Positions 7,738 through 15,499 of a DNA stretch of 33,825 nucleotides are shown here, in pieces. Both the position numbers and the translations under genes were made by a program. The notes under the pieces are model-generated. The model made no database searches and was not told where the DNA came from. It saw nothing but the letters and a program-made list of their open reading frames with translations. The stretch is from positions 1 to 33,825 of the forward strand of contig JAIBBR010000051.1 of the NCBI GenBank assembly GCA_019694575.1. The letters are read 5' to 3'. This stretch comes from Myxococcaceae bacterium (lineage in GTDB: Bacteria > Myxococcota > Myxococcia > Myxococcales > Myxococcaceae). Positions within the stretch are counted from its first letter, which is position 1, and each line of letters begins with the position of its first letter.

Positions 7738-9567
7738 CTACCGTTTCGACGTCTCTTGCCGGTCAGCTTTCTTGAGTTGCCGAATCGCTTCAGCCGCTTC
7801 GTCTTGCCCGCAGTTAATGACGCCATTGGGGCTGTCGACCTTGGGCGTTTCAGAAAGCGTGCGCAGCGCCTGAACTGCGTCCATATCGCCCAGCTGCGCC
7901 AGCCGGGTGGCCGCGGCGGCGCGGGTGGGGCAATGGCTCGATGCGAGCGAATGCGCGTACAGCTCGACGCGGTCGATGTTCTCGTTCACCCCGGTCACGT
8001 CGAGATAGCGCAGTGCGCCCCATTGCATGCTTGAAAGGTCACCTTTCGCCATGGGCTCAAAAGCGGCGCGCAAAGTGCGGTTGGGTACCAAGCCAATCAG
8101 CGCCTTCAATTCGCTGTCGCCCTCTGCCCGTGCAAAATCTTCGGCCAATGCATTGAGCAGCAACCGGTGCGCGCCGTGCAACGCCTGGTACGGGCCGCTG
8201 CGCAGCACTTCGCGCTCTTCGTCGTGACGGGCGCTGGCGTGCAGGCCGGCAGCTTTGAGCGCCAACAACTGGGGCCGAAACCGTGTTTCGGTTTTGAGCT
8301 GCTCCTCAATATAGGTGAGCGCTTCGGGCGTTTTGCCGGCGTCGAGCAACGCCGCGGCGCGCTCGTACGGAGTGGGAGGCCAAATTGACCACGCCACGGG
8401 TATCAACGAGCACATCAACGCGACGACGGCGATGCTGCGCCGCCACTCGGCGCTCAAACTGCCGGCCGAGGTAATGACCGCCGCGCTCAAGCCGCGGGTT
8501 TTGTCGCCCAACACACCCGCCTTTTCGCTCCACGCTTGCAGTGTGCGTGACAAGCCCGAGGGGCCGGGGTTTTCGGCGACGGTGGGGAGCAACGGCGCCA
8601 GCACCCGGCGGCTGGGGTTGGTGATGGCGGTCACCATTGCGTCGCTTTGGGGCAGCATCGGCGTCAGCCTCGCCAGCAGCGCTTGCCCGTTGGGAGGCCT
8701 CCGGTCGGGCTTTTTTTCGAGGCACTGCATCACCAGCTCGACGAGCTTGGGGTGCGCTTTCAAGGCCGGCGCGGCTTCAACCAACGCGCGCGGCGCCATG
8801 CTCACGTGTTGCCGCAAAAAGTCGCGCGAAGAGGGCCCGGGAAAAGGGTATTCGCCGCTCAGCACGCGAAAGGCGAGCACCCCGAAGGCATAGACGTCGG
8901 TGCGTGCGTCGAGCGGCTGCGCGGTGGCTTGTTCTGGAGCCACATATGCGGGCGTGCCCACCACTTGGCCTGGGTGGCTCACCAAGGGGTCGGCAGGGGC
9001 GGCGAGGCTTTTGGCGTGAGGGTTGTCGTCGGGCAGCTCCATGAGCCGGGCGATGCCGAAGTCGAGCAACCGCGCTTGTTCACCTTGAGGCGTGTGTTTG
9101 AGCACCACGTTTTGCGGCTTGATGTCGCGGTGCACCACGCCCATGTGGTGAATGACGCCCAGGCCTTCGGCGAGCTGGGCCAGCAACGAAATGACCCTCT
9201 GCGGCTCGAGCGGGCCATGCGCCAAGGCCTGTTCAAGGGTTTCGCCTTCAGCCAATTCGAGCACCAGCACCGTGGCCTGGGGTGACGACTCGAAGTCGAT
9301 GATGCGCACCAAGGCGGGGTGGTCGACTGTTGACAAAATACGGGCTTCGCGGCGAAAGCGCTCGGCCATCTCGGGGTGCTTGCCCAGGTCACGTTTGAGC
9401 ACCTTGAGCGCGACTTTGCGTTGCAGTGAGAGCTGCTCGGCCAAGTACACCTCGGCCATGCCACCGCCGCCCAAATGGCCGACGACGCGAAAGCGATCTC
9501 CCAGCACCAAAGTTCCCGGTTTCACGGCTGGCCGCCAGCATGTGCCGGCAGGCCCGAAAAGAACCAA
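7738..9567 (-). CDS. transmembrane Ser/Thr protein kinase (Hanks-type, catalytically intact) with an extracytoplasmic TPR/HEAT-like domain
   Basis: All catalytic motifs are present: LGGGGMAEVY (Gly loop), VALKVL, HRDIKPQN, DFG, TPAYVAPE, DVYAFG. There is a TM segment SIAVVALMCSLIPVAWSIW and then a PBS-lyase HEAT-like repeat (TRLAQLGDMDAVQALRTL). The start is TTG per the track at 9565-9567. Confidence 0.85.
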   Translation of the reverse strand: MVLFGPAGTCWRPAVKPGTLVLGDRFRVVGHLGGGGMAEVYLAEQLSLQRKVALKVLKRDLGKHPEMAERFRREARILSTVDHPALVRIIDFESSPQATVLVLELAEGETLEQALAHGPLEPQRVISLLAQLAEGLGVIHHMGVVHRDIKPQNVVLKHTPQGEQARLLDFGIARLMELPDDNPHAKSLAAPADPLVSHPGQVVGTPAYVAPEQATAQPLDARTDVYAFGVLAFRVLSGEYPFPGPSSRDFLRQHVSMAPRALVEAAPALKAHPKLVELVMQCLEKKPDRRPPNGQALLARLTPMLPQSDAMVTAITNPSRRVLAPLLPTVAENPGPSGLSRTLQAWSEKAGVLGDKTRGLSAAVITSAGSLSAEWRRSIAVVALMCSLIPVAWSIWPPTPYERAAALLDAGKTPEALTYIEEQLKTETRFRPQLLALKAAGLHASARHDEEREVLRSGPYQALHGAHRLLLNALAEDFARAEGDSELKALIGLVPNRTLRAAFEPMAKGDLSSMQWGALRYLDVTGVNENIDRVELYAHSLASSHCPTRAAAATRLAQLGDMDAVQALRTLSETPKVDSPNGVINCGQDEAAEAIRQLKKADRQETSKR

Positions 9568-9717
9568 TGGGTCCAGCCAGAGATCTCGGAACTCGAGATT
9601 ACAGGCGCATACACCGCCGCCCGCTGGTTTTTCAGCTGTGCAGAGCGGCTTCGAAAGCCGTCTTTCAGTTCTGCAAGCACGGCTGCATTCGGCGGCGGGT
9701 GATCAAAAACCAACAAT

Positions 9718-9760
9718 CTCCTCGAAGAAAGGGCTTAAAGCGGCCCTCGAAGAAGGGGCA
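9718..9760. promoter_or_regulatory. imperfect direct repeat CTCGAAGAA(A)GGGC x2 in the 288-bp divergent intergenic region between the kinase gene and the secreted-protein gene
   Basis: ccTCGAAGAAAGGGC ... ccCTCGAAGAAGGGGC separated by about 26 nt. This is the only sizeable non-coding region in the block and a candidate operator or promoter element. There is no functional evidence. Confidence 0.2.
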
Positions 9761-9855
9761 GCCGAAGCTCGGCACGCGGGTTGCTCAGTGTTTCTGAACA
9801 ATCGCTTCATTGGCTTCACCTTCACCCTTCACCAACAAACCGAAACGGAGTTCCC

Positions 9856-10473
9856 ATGACGATGACCGCTGCCCTGACCCTGGCCCTTCTTCTCAACGCT
9901 GCTCCCGGCGCCAAAGCCGAGCCGCGTGCTGAACGTGCTTCTCCGGCCTATGTCACCGGTATCGTCAGCGTGAATTTCATTCAGCCTCCGCTGGTGGAAA
10001 AACAGAAAATGCCGTTTCAGTCGGGTGACCTGTTGCCGGTCGAGCTCGACTTGGTTCGCCAGACCGTGGTGACTGAAGACGCGACCTACGTGCACCTGGC
10101 GGTGTCGCTCGCGCCGATGATGCAGCCCTCGGTGCTCAAGAATGTGCGCCCTGACGAGCAAGAGACCGCGTTGGCCAAGGCGTACAACGAGCTGCTCAAC
10201 ATGCTGGCCGAGCGGGCGGCCCGGTCGATGAACGGCAAAGTGAGCGAGCGCAAGTCGCTGCAGCTGGCTTTCGGCAAGGGGTCGACGCTGTCGGGTTCTA
10301 CCTATGAAGACGGTGTGCCCCGCCCCAACGGCTCGTTCATGGTGAACGCGCTGTTGACTGACGCCCCCGAAGTGCACGTGGTGTTTGCTTCGAGCCGCAA
10401 CGAAGCCACCGTCAATGAGTTCGTGCGCTCCATCAGCTTCGCGCCCGCGTCGGCCAAGTCGTTCGGCCGTTAA
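9856..10473 (+). CDS. hypothetical secreted protein
   Basis: ATG at 9856 with GGAG 5 nt upstream. Signal peptide MTMTAALTLALLLNAAPGAKA. The track ORF starts earlier at 9781 with no RBS. Confidence 0.6.
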   Translation: MTMTAALTLALLLNAAPGAKAEPRAERASPAYVTGIVSVNFIQPPLVEKQKMPFQSGDLLPVELDLVRQTVVTEDATYVHLAVSLAPMMQPSVLKNVRPDEQETALAKAYNELLNMLAERAARSMNGKVSERKSLQLAFGKGSTLSGSTYEDGVPRPNGSFMVNALLTDAPEVHVVFASSRNEATVNEFVRSISFAPASAKSFGR

Positions 10474-10501
10474 GCTCTAAATTCTAAGTCCCCCCAAAAA
10501 A

Positions 10502-10541
10502 GAAGGCGCCGGTTCGCTCTTGAAAGGAACCCGGCGCCTTC
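10502..10541. terminator. intrinsic terminator hairpin between convergent genes (bidirectional, stronger for the minus-strand gene)
   Basis: An 11-14 bp GC-rich stem, GAAGGCGCCGG(TTC)...(GAAC)CCGGCGCCTTC. It is flanked by CCCCCCAAAAAA on the left, giving a T-tract for the minus-strand transcript. The right flank GTCATTTCT is weaker. Confidence 0.6.
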
Positions 10542-10564
10542 GTCATTTCTCACTCAAAAACGAA

Positions 10565-11176
10565 TTACTTGGTGTTGGCCGCGGTGGTCTTGGCCGGAGG
10601 CGTGGTGGTGTCGAGCATTTCAGCCTGCTTCTTGCCCATCATGTCGCCCCAGCCGCCTTCGATTTGACCCTTGAACATCCACTTGCCGTCTTTCATCACC
10701 ACCAAGGCGCCGCCTTTCCAGCTGTCTTTCATTTTGCCCATGGTCATGTTCTTCGTCTCTTCGACGAAGGCCATGTTGTTCGACATGAAGGTCGCCTTGG
10801 TCTTGATGTCCACCTTCATGTCTTTGGGCATGTTCTGCATGCCTTGGGTCATTTCCTTCATCCACATTTCTTTGGTGTACATCTCGGTGTAGGTGGCGCC
10901 CGCCTGGCTGTCGGTCATCATCATCACGGGAAAATCGCACAGCGCGGCCATGGCTTCGGCGTCGCCCTTCATCATCGCCTCGTGCATTGACTTGTAGAGC
11001 GTCTCGACGCCCTTGGTGTCAGCCTTGGTGACCTTGGTCGGTTTCCATTGGGGCTTCTCGCCGTGGGTTTCGGGCATCATCGTCTTGGTGTCTTTGCCCG
11101 TGGGCATGGGCTTGGGGTCAGCGGCGAAGGTGGTGAAGGCGAACAGCGCGGCAACGGCGGCAACGAAAATCTTCAT
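10565..11176 (-). CDS. methionine- and lysine-rich secreted protein of unknown function
   Basis: ATG at 11174-11176 with GAGG about 5 nt upstream. Signal peptide MKIFVAAVAALFAFTTFAADP. The mature part has about 25-27 Met in about 180 residues by my count, including VMMMTD, EMWMKEM, NMTMGKM and DMMGKK clusters. Confidence 0.65.
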   Translation of the reverse strand: MKIFVAAVAALFAFTTFAADPKPMPTGKDTKTMMPETHGEKPQWKPTKVTKADTKGVETLYKSMHEAMMKGDAEAMAALCDFPVMMMTDSQAGATYTEMYTKEMWMKEMTQGMQNMPKDMKVDIKTKATFMSNNMAFVEETKNMTMGKMKDSWKGGALVVMKDGKWMFKGQIEGGWGDMMGKKQAEMLDTTTPPAKTTAANTK

Positions 11177-11265
11177 AAGCACCTCTTCGAGTGGGTTGAA
11201 CTTGAACTGAACAACGAGCGCACGCGTATGCCTGGTGAGATCACCCGTCAACGTAAAACCGAAAA

Positions 11266-11293
11266 CGATTCGGTGTGGTTTTTTGCCACGACG
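11266..11293. terminator. weak hairpin/terminator-like element downstream of the SDR gene
   Basis: ACCGAA-AACGA-TTCGGT stem-loop followed by TGGTTTTTT on the + strand. The reverse complement gives a hairpin followed by TTTACGTT for the minus-strand SDR transcript. Short stem, low confidence. Confidence 0.25.
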
Positions 11294-11304
11294 CTTGCAT
11301 GCGG

Positions 11305-12129
11305 TCAGTCGATGAAGAAGTCAGGCATCAACTGCGCGCCCGGTGTCACCGCATAGCCGCTCAAGTCACTCACGCCTTCAGCACGCAGCACGTCTTCGTC
11401 GATGAAAAAGTGCCCGGTGCATTCACGGCTGGGGCGGGTGAGCACCGCGTGCGCGGCGTCGGCCATGATGTCGGGCTTGCGCGAATGCTTCATCATCTCG
11501 TCGCCGCCCGCCATGTTGCCAATGGCCGCGGTGGCGATGGTCGTCTTTGGCCACAGCGCGTTCACCGCCACGCCGCGGTCGCGAAACTCAGCGGCCATGC
11601 CCAGCACACACAGGCTCATGCCGTACTTGGCGATGCTGTACGCCACGTGGTTTTCGAACCATTTCTCTTTCAGGTTCAACGGAGGCGAGAGGTTCAAAAT
11701 GTGCGGGTTCTTCGCTTTGAGCAAATGCGGCAGGCACGCCTGCGAGGTGATGAAAGTGCCACGGGCGTTGACGGTGTTCATCAAGTCGTAGCGGCGGGCG
11801 CTCGTTTCCAAAGTACCGGTCAAAGCGATGGCGCTGGCGTTGTTGACGCAAATGTCGATGCCGCCGAAATGCGCCACTGTTTGCTCCACGGCTTTTTGCA
11901 CTTGGTCTTCAAAACGAATGTCGCAGACCAGGGGCAACGCTTGGCCACCCGCGGCGGTGATTTCGTCAGCGGCGGTGAAAACCGTGCCCGGCAGCTTGGG
12001 GTGCGGCGCGTGGGTTTTCGCGGCGATGGCAATGTGGGCGCCGTCTTTCGCCGCGCGCAGGGCGATGGCCAGGCCAATGCCGCGGCTGGCTCCGGTGATG
12101 AACAGCGTTTTTCCGGCGAGCGTTTTCAT
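11305..12129 (-). CDS. short-chain dehydrogenase/reductase (SDR) family oxidoreductase
   Basis: TGASRGIG cofactor-binding motif, NNAS, YSIAKYG (YxxxK catalytic pair). The overall length is typical for the family. ATG start. Confidence 0.85.
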   Translation of the reverse strand: MKTLAGKTLFITGASRGIGLAIALRAAKDGAHIAIAAKTHAPHPKLPGTVFTAADEITAAGGQALPLVCDIRFEDQVQKAVEQTVAHFGGIDICVNNASAIALTGTLETSARRYDLMNTVNARGTFITSQACLPHLLKAKNPHILNLSPPLNLKEKWFENHVAYSIAKYGMSLCVLGMAAEFRDRGVAVNALWPKTTIATAAIGNMAGGDEMMKHSRKPDIMADAAHAVLTRPSRECTGHFFIDEDVLRAEGVSDLSGYAVTPGAQLMPDFFID

Positions 12130-12158
12130 GGGTCTTTTCGTATAGCCTTTGCATCACC

Positions 12159-13910
12159 ATGGCAGACCCTAAAAATCAGTCGAGCTTCATGTCGTCGCTG
12201 TGCTTCGGCAGCATCGAAGAAGACCTCATTTTGCCTTACCCGCAAATGAAGCAGCCCGAGCGCGAGACGCTCAAGAACATTATCGGCTCGCTCGAGCAGC
12301 TGCTCAAACCGCACGAAAAAGACTTTCGCGTGTGGGACCGCGCCGGAGAACTGCCGCCCGCATTCATCGAAGAGTTGAAGCAGTTTGGGTTGTTCAGCTT
12401 GGTGATACCCGAGGCATTTGGGGGCATGGGGCTGTCGGCCACCGCGTACTCTCGAACTTTGCAAGAGGCGGCGAAATACGACGCTTCGGTGTCAGTCACC
12501 GTCGGGGCGCACTCGTCTATCGGCATGCGTGGGCTTTTGCTCTTTGGCACCGACGCGCAAAAGCAAAAGTACCTGCCCAAATTAGCGACGGGCGAAATGA
12601 TTGCCGCTTTTTGCCTGACCGAACCGGGAGCAGGTTCTGACGCGGCGTCAATTACCACCACCGCGGTGAAAGAAGGCGACCACTGGGTGCTCAACGGCAA
12701 CAAGCTGTGGATCACCAATGGCGGCATTGCCCAGTTCTTCACCGTCTTCGCCAAGACTGGCGGCGTGGGTGAGCGCGGCCACATGACGGCCTTCATCGTC
12801 ACCCGCGACTTGGCGGGCATCAGCACTGGGCATCACGAAGACAAAATGGGTCTTCGTGCCAGCAACACCACCACGGTGCACTTCGACAACGTCAAGGTTC
12901 CCCTCGAGAATGTGCTCGGTGAAGAAGGCAAAGGCTTCAAAGTCGCGATGAAGATTTTGAATTCGGGCCGCACCGGTTTGGGGGGCGGCACCGTGGGCGC
13001 GATGAAGAAGTTGATTGAGCTGTCGACCAAGCAAGCCAAAGAGCGCGTGCAGTTCGGCAAGCCCATCGCCGAGTACGGGTTGGTGCGCCAGAAGCTTGGC
13101 CACATGGTGGTCGAATGTTTCGCCGCAGAATCAGCGGTCAACATGGTGAACCACTTCATCGATTCGGGGCATGAAGAATACGCAGTCGAAGCGGCGATTA
13201 CCAAAGTGTTCGGCACCGAAGCCCTTTGGCGCACCGCCGACGAAGCGTTGCAAATCGCCGGTGGCAACGGCTTCATGTGTGAGTTCCCCTATGAGCGCAT
13301 GGTGCGCGACAGCCGCATCAACCGCATTTTCGAAGGCACCAACGAAATTTTGCGGCTCTTCATTGCCCTCACCGCGATGAATGAAGTGGGCGGCGAACTG
13401 AAAGAATTGGCGTCGAGCTTGAAGGGTGTGTTCGACAACCCCATCAAAGGCTTTGGCGTGTTGAGTGAATACGCGCTGCGCCGGGCGTCGCTCGCCACGT
13501 CGGTGGTGAAGCGTGAAAAAGGCGCCTTCACCAAGTTACACCCGGCGGTGAAAGAGAAGCAGGAGCAGTTTCAGGAGCTGACGCGCGACCTGGCCGCTGC
13601 CGTCGACAGAATCTTGCGCAAGCACGGCAAGAACATCATCGGTAAGCAGTTTGCCACCAAGCGTCTGGCCGACATCATGATTGACTTGTTTGTGTTGGCG
13701 TCGACCTTGAGCCGGGTGAGCACCGCCATCTCTGAAAAGGGGGCCACCGCGTGCACCAAAGAGCTCGAGATTCTCGAGGTGTTTTCGGGCCAGGTTCGGC
13801 GCCGCGTGAAGAGCAACTTCAACAAAATCGACGACAACGACGACGAGCACATCAAGTCGCTGGCTGACCATGCGCTCGATGCTGAAGGCTATACGTGGGA
13901 CAACGTTTAA
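12159..13910 (+). CDS. acyl-CoA dehydrogenase, long form with a C-terminal extension
   Basis: ACAD N-terminal, middle and C-terminal signatures: CLTEPGAGSDAAS, WITNGG, QIAGGNGFMCEFPYERMVRDSRINRIFEGTNEI. It is 583 aa with an extended C-terminus. It is divergent from the SDR gene with only 29 bp between the start codons. Confidence 0.9.
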   Translation: MADPKNQSSFMSSLCFGSIEEDLILPYPQMKQPERETLKNIIGSLEQLLKPHEKDFRVWDRAGELPPAFIEELKQFGLFSLVIPEAFGGMGLSATAYSRTLQEAAKYDASVSVTVGAHSSIGMRGLLLFGTDAQKQKYLPKLATGEMIAAFCLTEPGAGSDAASITTTAVKEGDHWVLNGNKLWITNGGIAQFFTVFAKTGGVGERGHMTAFIVTRDLAGISTGHHEDKMGLRASNTTTVHFDNVKVPLENVLGEEGKGFKVAMKILNSGRTGLGGGTVGAMKKLIELSTKQAKERVQFGKPIAEYGLVRQKLGHMVVECFAAESAVNMVNHFIDSGHEEYAVEAAITKVFGTEALWRTADEALQIAGGNGFMCEFPYERMVRDSRINRIFEGTNEILRLFIALTAMNEVGGELKELASSLKGVFDNPIKGFGVLSEYALRRASLATSVVKREKGAFTKLHPAVKEKQEQFQELTRDLAAAVDRILRKHGKNIIGKQFATKRLADIMIDLFVLASTLSRVSTAISEKGATACTKELEILEVFSGQVRRRVKSNFNKIDDNDDEHIKSLADHALDAEGYTWDNV

Positions 13911-14009
13911 GAACTTTCAGCGGGGCAAAATGCCCTGTCGATAAGTAGGGCGGTGTAGGTGCCGTTGTTCTGGTATACTTTGGCCCGTCATTAAGCAAAG
14001 GGGCTGGCC

Positions 14010-14324
14010 ATGATCAAAATGTCGACGCGGCGTTTTGCACGGGTGCCGGTGGCCGCACGCGCGCGGGCTGTTCTTGACGGGCGGTTCTGTGACGATGTGC
14101 GAGACATGAGCGAGAAGGGCATGGGTTTGAAGACGGCTCACCCGCTCGACATTGGTACCGAAGTGACGTTCATGATTGATTTACCCGGTGAAGATGAGCC
14201 GGTCGAAGTGTCGGGCCGTATCAAGTGGGTGAACGAGCGCGGCATGGGCCTCGAGTTCCATGACGCTGAGTTTCGCTTGGTGGCTTTTATTGATGCGCAG
14301 CGCAAAGCGCTCGAACGCATTTAG
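14010..14324 (+). CDS. stand-alone PilZ domain protein (c-di-GMP receptor)
   Basis: RRFAR (RxxxR) and DMSEKG (DxSxxG) motifs in the correct order and spacing. AAAGGGG RBS about 8 nt upstream of the ATG. Confidence 0.7.
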   Translation: MIKMSTRRFARVPVAARARAVLDGRFCDDVRDMSEKGMGLKTAHPLDIGTEVTFMIDLPGEDEPVEVSGRIKWVNERGMGLEFHDAEFRLVAFIDAQRKALERI

Positions 14325-14435
14325 GTTGAATTGAAGGTGGGTTTCTTCGCGTGCGGTTGACGGGTACGGGGCACAAGGTTTGGTCGACTCAGTTGAGCGT
14401 CACCGAACCACTGGTTCGCTGGGTCGTTTCAGTTT

Positions 14436-14717
14436 CTACGGCTGACCGCCGTCCAGGACCCATTTCGGACGTGGTAGGTCTTTGGCCAGAATCGTGCCCT
14501 CGCACATCGACTCGATATACTCCGAGCTTCCTCCGATTCCCGTCCACGCCGTCTCTTTGTTGGTAGGCGCCCTCTTCGTTCCGCTGCACTGGCAAGTGTA
14601 GTGGCGAACTCCGCTCGGAGGCGTGTCTCTCGCCAGCATGTATCCCCACTCGCACTTCTCCGCGTGCTTGCACGCTGGCAGAACCACTATGGCGCTGAGG
14701 AACAGGAGCTTCCGCAT
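14436..14717 (-). CDS. small Cys-rich lipoprotein (93 aa) with atypical composition
   Basis: Signal peptide plus lipobox (MRKLLFLSAIVVLPAC) and a GATAGGG SD-like region upstream. Six Cys residues. The local GC is clearly lower than the surroundings and many codons end in A (GGA, AGA, AGG, AAA). Two overlapping ORFs, 14389..14799(-) and 14351..14566(+), have no protein-like features. Confidence 0.5.
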   Translation of the reverse strand: MRKLLFLSAIVVLPACKHAEKCEWGYMLARDTPPSGVRHYTCQCSGTKRAPTNKETAWTGIGGSSEYIESMCEGTILAKDLPRPKWVLDGGQP

Positions 14718-14925
14718 TCGGCCACCCTATCTCGGTGGTTTGTGAGCTGTCATGAATGGGGAGCAAAATGGAGCGGGAACGCGGCCACAGACGGTACAAC
14801 CGGCAACCTCGAATTCATCGGCGGCGACATCATCCCGCATTGCTTGGTACAGCTCGAGCCCGGCGCTCGCCGTGCCGCGACATAGTGGCCAATACGGATC
14901 GTGGGCCAGAGGCACTCGCCCTCTT

Positions 14926-15435
14926 TCACCGGGTTGTCTGCTGGTAATTGGCGCCCTGGTTGTTGAACCAGTGTTCGGCACTGTCGCGGTAGCCGCCGGT
15001 ATCTTCAGGAGCGCGGCAGCCATAGCCGACACGAAGCGCGAACTCGACCGGGGTGCCCGCGCTGAGGTTCGGCAAATAAAAATTGCCGTTGATAACGGGG
15101 CACGGCACATCGGTCGACTTCAAGACGTGCACCGTTTTCCACCCGTCAGTCGTGTAGTGCAACTCTTGCCAGTTGATACACAACTGCGAGTGGCCGCGTG
15201 CGTACCAGCCACGTTCGTGGGCCCCGTTAATCAGCTCGGGCATCTGGGTGTGCACCGAAAAATGCACCGCGCTCAAAGGAGTAAAACCAGGCTGCACCGG
15301 CCGCGCAGCCACCGCCTTGGGGGCTTCGTGGCGCACCGGCGGGGGCATCACCGGGCGGCGCGTGGTGGGAGGGTACGTCGGTGAAGGCTCAGGAAAGGGA
15401 GCGGAAGGTCGCGGGGTTGACGACTTGGAGATCAT
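14926..15435 (-). CDS. Pro-rich protein with a C-terminal CBM21-like (starch/glycogen-binding) domain, no signal peptide
   Basis: ATG at 15433-15435 with AAAGGTGG about 8 nt upstream. The N-terminal 50 aa are Pro-rich. The C-terminal motifs INWQELHYTTDGWKT and PVEFALRVGY...HWFNNQGANYQ match the hallmark EFA..Y....WDNNxGxNY of CBM21. That match is from memory only. Confidence 0.55.
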   Translation of the reverse strand: MISKSSTPRPSAPFPEPSPTYPPTTRRPVMPPPVRHEAPKAVAARPVQPGFTPLSAVHFSVHTQMPELINGAHERGWYARGHSQLCINWQELHYTTDGWKTVHVLKSTDVPCPVINGNFYLPNLSAGTPVEFALRVGYGCRAPEDTGGYRDSAEHWFNNQGANYQQTTR

Positions 15436-15499
15436 GATTCACCACCTTTCATGTCTGGTGTTTTTAACCTGCTCCCAGGTGGCGTGTGATGAATAAGTG

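Noticed and set aside
7154-7873. 239-aa + strand ORF overlapping the DUF3105-like lipoprotein gene
   Set aside because: It has no RBS, signal peptide or recognisable motifs, and is Arg/Ala-rich as expected for antisense translation of GC-rich coding DNA. The minus-strand ORF has a clean signal peptide, a lipobox and a conserved-looking LEHG motif.
8315-9464. ORFs 8315..8893(+), 8647..9285(+) and 8979..9464(-) inside the Ser/Thr kinase gene
   Set aside because: They are overlapping or alternative-frame ORFs without motifs. The kinase frame carries all 11 Hanks subdomains.
13911-13960. Short GGGCA-AAA-TGCCC hairpin after the acyl-CoA dehydrogenase stop as a terminator
   Set aside because: The stem is only 5-6 bp and no U-tract follows. 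It is not convincing as an intrinsic terminator.
14400-14418. GAACCA-N-TGGTTC palindrome downstream of the small lipoprotein gene
   Set aside because: A perfect 6-bp inverted repeat, but with a 1-nt spacer and no flanking T-tract. It could be a protein-binding site but there is no supporting context. Too short to call.
14351-14799. ORFs 14389..14799(-) and 14351..14566(+) overlapping the small lipoprotein gene
   Set aside because: They have no secretion signal or motif content. Only the 14436..14717 frame yields a canonical signal peptide plus lipobox with an SD-like sequence.
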